From an uncultured Gemmatimonadales bacterium (GTDB taxonomy: Bacteria; Gemmatimonadota; Gemmatimonadetes; Gemmatimonadales; GWC2-71-9): a stretch of DNA of 64,000 bases. The stretch spans positions 32,001-96,000 of the forward strand of contig CAVOGR010000002.1 in assembly GCA_963695555.1 (NCBI GenBank), written 5' to 3'. Positions 59,139-64,000 of the stretch are shown piece by piece; within the stretch, counting starts at the first letter, position 1, and every line of letters starts with the position of its first letter. The translations under genes were made by a program, and so were the position numbers. Under the pieces are notes generated by a model that was not told the origin of the DNA, ran no database searches, and saw only the letters and a program-made list of their open reading frames with translations.

Positions 59139-59564
59139 CTAGGGTGTCCGGCCAGCCACACGAACTGGCTGCCCAACCACTTCGGCCACCGTGGTGTCTC
59201 GTACGAACCGGGCGACCTCCTCGCCCAACCGGCTCCAGCGCGAATGCACCGCGCAGGCCCGTTCATCCGAACATTCCGCCCGTCCCAACAGGCAGCGCCG
59301 GCGGGCGTCGACCGACTCGAATACCGAGACCACGTCCAGCAACGAGACTTCCTCGGCGGGCCGGCTGAGCTCGAAACCGCCGTGCTTTCCGCGGGATGAC
59401 TTGACCACACCGGCCCGAGCCATCGCGTGCATGATTTTCGACAGGTAGTTGGCGGGCACACCGATGGCCCCGGCAATCTCGGCGACCGGCTCGGGGCCGC
59501 TGCCCCAGCGCTTCGCCAAGTGGAACACCGCGCTGAGGGCGTATTCCGAGGTTCCAGAAAACAT
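59139..59564 (-). CDS. Rrf2-family transcriptional regulator with three Cys (Fe-S type)
   Basis: SEYALSAVFHLA, YLSKIM..L/M..G.V.S.RG..GGFEL, CLLGRAECSDERACAVH. Confidence 0.92.
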   Translation of the reverse strand: MFSGTSEYALSAVFHLAKRWGSGPEPVAEIAGAIGVPANYLSKIMHAMARAGVVKSSRGKHGGFELSRPAEEVSLLDVVSVFESVDARRRCLLGRAECSDERACAVHSRWSRLGEEVARFVRDTTVAEVVGQPVRVAGRTP

Positions 59565-59599
59565 CGTGGCGGGCTTCCCCCTGGACTTGGGCTTCTGGC

Positions 59600-59657
59600 T
59601 AATTACGATATTGACATGAGACAAGCATATTATGCATCCCGCGCGGGGTGAGTGCAA
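59600..59657 (-). promoter_or_regulatory. Promoter of the rrf2-oxidase operon with overlapping imperfect palindrome
   Basis: TTGCAC-N17-CATAAT; GATGCATAATATGCTTG dyad over the -10. Confidence 0.55.
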
Positions 59658-59702
59658 GATTGACCGCCTCGCCCAACCCCCGAACCCCTCGGCAGGAGGC
59701 CC

Positions 59703-61277
59703 ATGAGATCCTGGGGTAAGCGGCTCGAAGGGGCGGCATTTCGGGTCCTGTCCCGGGCCGACGCCTTCATGAACCGGCTCTACACCTGGCGCTTCAATCC
59801 GCTCTATCACAGCGGGGCGCTGGTGGTGGTGCTGTTCATCGCGGTGACTGTGACCGGGATCTATCTGCTTTTTTTCTATCGGGTTAGCGCGCCATACCAG
59901 TCGATTGCCAGGCTCCAGGACCAGGTCTGGTTGGGACGCTGGATTCGTTCGTTCCACCGCTATGCCTCCGACGCGGCGGTGGTTGCGGCCTTGGTTCACG
60001 CCTTCCGGGTATTCGCCCAAGGTCGCAGCTGGGGGCCCCGCACCCTGGCCTGGGTCAGTGGGGTGGCCCTGCTCTCCGTTACCCTGATCTGCGGCTGGAC
60101 CGGCTACGTCATGGTTTGGGACGAACAGGGCCTGGTCCTGGCCCGGGAGGGCGCCCGGTTCCTCGATGCCCTCCCCTTGTTCTCGGAGCCCATCAGCCGG
60201 GCATTCGTGGGCGACCGGCTGATCCCGAACGCGTTCTTCTTTCTGAATCTCTTCCTGCACGTCGCACTTCCGATCGGGATCGGCGTCGTGCTGTGGCTCC
60301 ACGTCTCGCGCGTGGCCAGAGCCGCGCTCCTGCCACCGCGCGCCCTGAGCTGGGCGGTCCTGGGCCTGCTGCTCGGACTCTCGGTCCTCTGGCCCGCCGC
60401 CCTCGGACCGGCGGCCGACTTGTTTCGATTGCCGCAACGAGCGCCGTTCGATCTGTTCTACTCAGGCTGGCTCCCGCTCACCAGGAATCTGTCGGCCGGT
60501 CTGGTCTGGCTCGTGGGTGGCACACTCGCCGCGATCTTCGTGGCCACCCCATGGTGGATCGGCGGCCGCAGCCGACGCGTCGAGTCGATGCAGCCCTCCT
60601 TCGTGGTCCAGCGGCTCTGCGATGCCTGCCGAACGTGCTATCTGGATTGCCCCTACGAAGCGATCGACATGGTGGCGCGTACTGACGGGCGCCCCGGTCT
60701 CGTCGCCCGCGTCGATCCGGCGCTCTGCGTCAGCTGCGGTATTTGCGCCGGGTCGTGCGCCCCGATGGGGGTCGGGCCCCCAAAGCGAACGGGCCGATAC
60801 CAGGTCGCCGCCGTCGAGCAGTTCATCGCCGACCACACGCTCGGCTCGGACGACGTCGTGATCATTGGCTGTTCCTTCGGCGCCGGGAACGTCACTCGAG
60901 GGACAACGTTCGACGGTGCATGTATCTTTCCGGTCGACTGCGCCGGGAGCATGCATACCTCGGTGGTGGAGTACCTGGTGCGGTCAGGCGTGGGTGGGGT
61001 GTTGATCGTATCTTGCCCCCCACGCGATTGCTGGCATCGCGAAGGCCCCAAGTGGCTGGAACAGCGGCTCTATCACGGTAGAGAGGCCGAGCTCAAGGAG
61101 CGGGTCGACCGGCGGCGCATCAGGCTGGCGCACGCCGGGCTCGCGGAACCATACCTCGTTCGGCAGGTGTTGGCTGAGTTCCGCCGTGAGCTGGCCGCGC
61201 TCGAAGTGGCCAGCGCGGAAGAGGATATCGCGCTGAGTATCGAGTGCGCGGCACCGGTAGAAGAGGTCGAGTCGTGA
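59703..61277 (+). CDS. Fusion: cytochrome b/b6-like + 2x[4Fe-4S] ferredoxin + MvhD/FlpD-like [2Fe-2S] domain
   Basis: RSFHRYASD..LVHAFRVF, WTGYVMVWD, FLHV..WLHV (4 heme His); CDACRTCYLDCP and CVSCGICAGSC; GC...VDCAG...GVLIVSCPPRDCWH. Confidence 0.88.
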   Translation: MRSWGKRLEGAAFRVLSRADAFMNRLYTWRFNPLYHSGALVVVLFIAVTVTGIYLLFFYRVSAPYQSIARLQDQVWLGRWIRSFHRYASDAAVVAALVHAFRVFAQGRSWGPRTLAWVSGVALLSVTLICGWTGYVMVWDEQGLVLAREGARFLDALPLFSEPISRAFVGDRLIPNAFFFLNLFLHVALPIGIGVVLWLHVSRVARAALLPPRALSWAVLGLLLGLSVLWPAALGPAADLFRLPQRAPFDLFYSGWLPLTRNLSAGLVWLVGGTLAAIFVATPWWIGGRSRRVESMQPSFVVQRLCDACRTCYLDCPYEAIDMVARTDGRPGLVARVDPALCVSCGICAGSCAPMGVGPPKRTGRYQVAAVEQFIADHTLGSDDVVIIGCSFGAGNVTRGTTFDGACIFPVDCAGSMHTSVVEYLVRSGVGGVLIVSCPPRDCWHREGPKWLEQRLYHGREAELKERVDRRRIRLAHAGLAEPYLVRQVLAEFRRELAALEVASAEEDIALSIECAAPVEEVES

Positions 61278-61822
61278 TGGGACGCCCCGTGGTAATGGCG
61301 CTTGGAGCCGTCCTCGCGGTGGGCGGTATGATGGCACTGGGTGCGTTGTCCCAGATTCCGTACCAACCCGAGGAGGCGACGCACGCCGTGATTCGGCTCG
61401 CCTGGCGGGCCCGGGGCGTCGCGGTCAAGGAGTGCCGCACGATGACGCCGGAAGAGCTCGAGAAGGTGGCCGTTCATATGCGGCGGACCGAAGTGTGCGA
61501 AGGGCGGACCCTGCCCTATCAGCTCCGCGCGGTAGTTGACGGCGATGTCCGGGTCGATGAAGCCGTCGAGGCAGGCGGCGCCCGTGGCGACCGGCCGCTC
61601 TTCGTGCTCCACGATCTTCCGGTGGCCCCAGGCTCGCACCAAGTGGAGGTCTCATTTACTCGCGAGAGAGCGCCCGCAGAGGCTACGGACAGTACGGAGG
61701 TCACCCCGGCCAGACTGGAACTCGACCGATCGATCGAGGTGGTATCGGGGCAGGTCGTGCTCGTGACCTACGACCCGGATACCAAAACCATGATCGTTCA
61801 GGACGCGCCCGCGACTCGTTGA
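61277..61822 (+). CDS. Membrane-anchored hypothetical protein coupled to the cytochrome b fusion
   Basis: TGATG overlap; N-terminal hydrophobic helix; KECR..PEELEKVAVHMRRTEVCEG. Confidence 0.8.
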   Translation: MGRPVVMALGAVLAVGGMMALGALSQIPYQPEEATHAVIRLAWRARGVAVKECRTMTPEELEKVAVHMRRTEVCEGRTLPYQLRAVVDGDVRVDEAVEAGGARGDRPLFVLHDLPVAPGSHQVEVSFTRERAPAEATDSTEVTPARLELDRSIEVVSGQVVLVTYDPDTKTMIVQDAPATR

Positions 61823-61865
61823 TTGCTGGCGTGCCCCCGACAGGCAAATCCCTTGGAGGCAGCAC

Positions 61866-63188
61866 ATGCCGCTACGCGTGATCATCCTCGGCGCAGCAGG
61901 CCGGGACTTCCATAACTTCAACGTCCATTTTCGAGACAATCCTGCCTACGACGTGGTTGCCTTCACTGCCACCCAGATTCCCAACATCAGCGGGCGCCGC
62001 TACCCACCCGAACTCGCGGGAGACCAATATCCCAAGGGCATACCGATCGAGCCCGAGGACGACCTCGAGAGCCTGATCCGAAGCCGCGATGTCAACGTGG
62101 TGGTCTTCGCCTACAGCGATGTGTCCCATGACTACGTGATGCACTTGGGCTCCCGGGCCCTGGCGGCCGGCGCCGACTACCTCCTGCTCGGACCCAAGCA
62201 CACCATGCTGAGTTCGCGGGTTCCGGTGGTGGCCATTTGCGCGGCGCGCACGGGATCGGGCAAGAGCCAAACCAGCCGCTATGTGGCAGCCATCTTGAGC
62301 GGCTGGGGGAAACGGGTCGTGGTGATTCGTCATCCGATGCCGTACGGAGACTTGGTCAAACAGGCGGTCCAGCGCTTCGCGAACTACGACGATCTCGAGC
62401 AACACGATGTAACCATCGAAGAACGCGAGGAATACGAGCCGCACATCGCGGCGGGCCGGGTGGTCTACGCCGGTGTCGATTACCAGAAGATCCTGGAACA
62501 GGCCGAACGGGAAGCCGACGTCATCATCTGGGACGGCGGCAACAACGACCTGCCGTTCTACCGACCGACCTTCCATATCGTCGTCGTCGATCCGCACCGC
62601 CCAGGCCACTCGGCCGAGTACCATCCCGGCGAGACCAACGTTCGGATGGCCGACTGCATCATCATCAACAAGATGGACACCGCGGCCCCGGAGCAGGTGC
62701 AGGCCGTGCGAGAGACCGTCACCAATCTCAATGCCCGGGCCACGATCGTCGAGGCCGACAGCCCCATTACCGTGGAGGGCGCCGAACAGATCCGGGGCAA
62801 GAGGGTCTTGGTGGTCGAAGACGGCCCGACCCTCACCCACGGCGGCATGGCATTCGGCGCGGGATGGGTGGCGGCCAAACAGCATGGCGCAGCCGCGGTC
62901 ATCGACCCCAGGCCCTATGCCGTGGGCTCGATTGCCCGGACCTTCGAGGCCTATCCCACCACCGGCGCGGTCCTTCCGGCCATGGGCTATGGCGACCAGC
63001 AGACCGAGGAATTGGAGCAGACCATCAATGACTCCCCAGCCGACCTCGTGATCATCGGCACCCCGATCGACCTGCGGCGCATCGTGAACATCACGAAGCC
63101 ATCGGTCCGGGTGCGCTACGAACTCGCCGAGCGGGGGGAACCCAAGCTCGAGGGATATCTGCGCGAAGCAATTAACCGTAAGTCGTAA
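61866..63188 (+). CDS. COG2403 P-loop NTPase (annotated cyclic 2,3-diphosphoglycerate synthetase-like; arginine synthetase ArcE homologue)
   Basis: GAAGRDFHNFN, VAFTATQIP, RTGSGKS, RHPMPYG, TIEEREEYEPH, WDGGNND, EDGPTLTHG, PAMGY. Confidence 0.85.
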   Translation: MPLRVIILGAAGRDFHNFNVHFRDNPAYDVVAFTATQIPNISGRRYPPELAGDQYPKGIPIEPEDDLESLIRSRDVNVVVFAYSDVSHDYVMHLGSRALAAGADYLLLGPKHTMLSSRVPVVAICAARTGSGKSQTSRYVAAILSGWGKRVVVIRHPMPYGDLVKQAVQRFANYDDLEQHDVTIEEREEYEPHIAAGRVVYAGVDYQKILEQAEREADVIIWDGGNNDLPFYRPTFHIVVVDPHRPGHSAEYHPGETNVRMADCIIINKMDTAAPEQVQAVRETVTNLNARATIVEADSPITVEGAEQIRGKRVLVVEDGPTLTHGGMAFGAGWVAAKQHGAAAVIDPRPYAVGSIARTFEAYPTTGAVLPAMGYGDQQTEELEQTINDSPADLVIIGTPIDLRRIVNITKPSVRVRYELAERGEPKLEGYLREAINRKS

Positions 63189-63200
63189 GTCCAGGGACGG

Positions 63201-63240
63201 AAGAGCCCTCGGACGCCGTTTCACCGTCCGAGGGCCTTTC
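63201..63240. terminator. Terminator hairpin between convergent genes
   Basis: GCCCTCGGACG...CGTCCGAGGGC followed by CTTT. Confidence 0.75.
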
Positions 63241-63244
63241 CATC

Positions 63245-63281
63245 CCTACTCCCTACTCACTGCTCCCTACTCCCTGCTCCT
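63245..63281. repeat. Heptamer array (CCCTACT)n
   Basis: About 5 degenerate units. Confidence 0.85.
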
Positions 63282-64000
63282 CAGCTATCATCCTCGATCT
63301 TGATATCGAGCGCATTCAGTACCATCGGCGGCCCGGCGCTCACCAGGGCGGCGTGGCCTTCGGCCCGGACCAGGCGCTGCGCCTGAACCGCCGCGTCGGT
63401 CGCCTGAAGTGACAGGAGATCCCCCAGCGGATCGATCAACTGATCCGTCGCCACCTGCACGACGGTCCCGTTAGCGAGGGTGAGGGTGCGGCCGGCGACG
63501 TCGACGCTCGCGACCCGGTCCTGGAATTCGAGCGCACCGGGCAAGTTGTCATCTTCGTCCTCGACTTCGAACTCCACTTCCTTGGCCGTGATGGTGAGCG
63601 GGTTGGTACCGGTCACGTCCCCCTCCCCTTCGGCTTCGACGATGAGTCCGTTCGCCAGCGCTGCTGCAACCTCACCAAGCGATCCGAGCTCGTCGCTATC
63701 ATCCGCGTCGTCGATCTCGGTGCCGCTGACGATCTCGATGACCGTGCCGTCGGTCAGGGTGAACGACGATCCGTTCACGGCCGCTACGATACCCTCGAAA
63801 TCTCGCTCGGAATTGTCGTCATCGACCTCGGATTCCAATTCTGTCACGCCGCCGCTCACGTTGAGCTCGACGCCCATGCCAAGGACCGTGAGGATCGCGT
63901 CGGGCGGCGGGCTCGCGTTGGATGCGAAGTTATCGCCATCGACGTTGATCTCGATCTTCTGGTCGTCGGCCTCGTCGTCCAGCTCCAGCTCGCTCGCGAT
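63281..64000 (-). CDS. Acidic beta-rich repeat-domain (DUF5666-like) protein, 5' end outside the window
   Basis: Frame open to 64000; repeated FEG.V..V....FTL.DGT.I...V.AEG modules. Confidence 0.7.
   Translation of the reverse strand: MASELELDDEADDQKIEINVDGDNFASNASPPPDAILTVLGMGVELNVSGGVTELESEVDDDNSERDFEGIVAAVNGSSFTLTDGTVIEIVSGTEIDDADDSDELGSLGEVAAALANGLIVEAEGEGDVTGTNPLTITAKEVEFEVEDEDDNLPGALEFQDRVASVDVAGRTLTLANGTVVQVATDQLIDPLGDLLSLQATDAAVQAQRLVRAEGHAALVSAGPPMVLNALDIKIEDDS

Noticed and set aside
59565..60437. N-terminal extension of the Rrf2 ORF in the track (432 aa), and similar extensions on the GH57, ADH, DinB and TonB ORFs
   Set aside because: Extensions overlap neighbouring genes or promoters; internal starts match family N-termini.

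Overview
High-GC (roughly two-thirds G+C), gene-dense bacterial chromosome segment. Gene content and style suggest a Gemmatimonadota-like organism (inference). About 55 CDSs; I found no rRNA, tRNA, CRISPR array or transposase. Main blocks: (1) a membrane Ser/Thr kinase coupled to a SARP-type (BTAD+AAA) regulator, with three neighbouring promoters showing exact SARP operator geometry (TTGACCC-N4-TTGACCC-N8-[-10]); (2) duplicated Zn-ribbon/TM/SH3 genes, an S9 peptidase, a flavin oxidoreductase, Smr, a PilT-family ATPase and rpsU; (3) a five-gene glgP-glgA-3xGH57 alpha-glucan operon; (4) fasciclin and DUF427/SDR promoters with CarH/LitR-like 11-bp repeats, plus unannotated small membrane ORFs; (5) B12-radical SAM, hydrolases, TonB receptor and a Gld-like ABC system; (6) an Rrf2-headed B-family heme-copper oxidase operon lacking the cross-link Tyr (eNOR-like NO reductase), divergent from a cytochrome b/2x[4Fe-4S]/MvhD fusion; (7) an ArcE/COG2403 homologue. 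Intergenic DNA is rich in 7-bp tandem repeats and carries three copies of a bipartite palindromic REP-like element. Two genes have frameshifts that look like assembly errors. All functional calls come from motif recognition by eye; no database searches were run.
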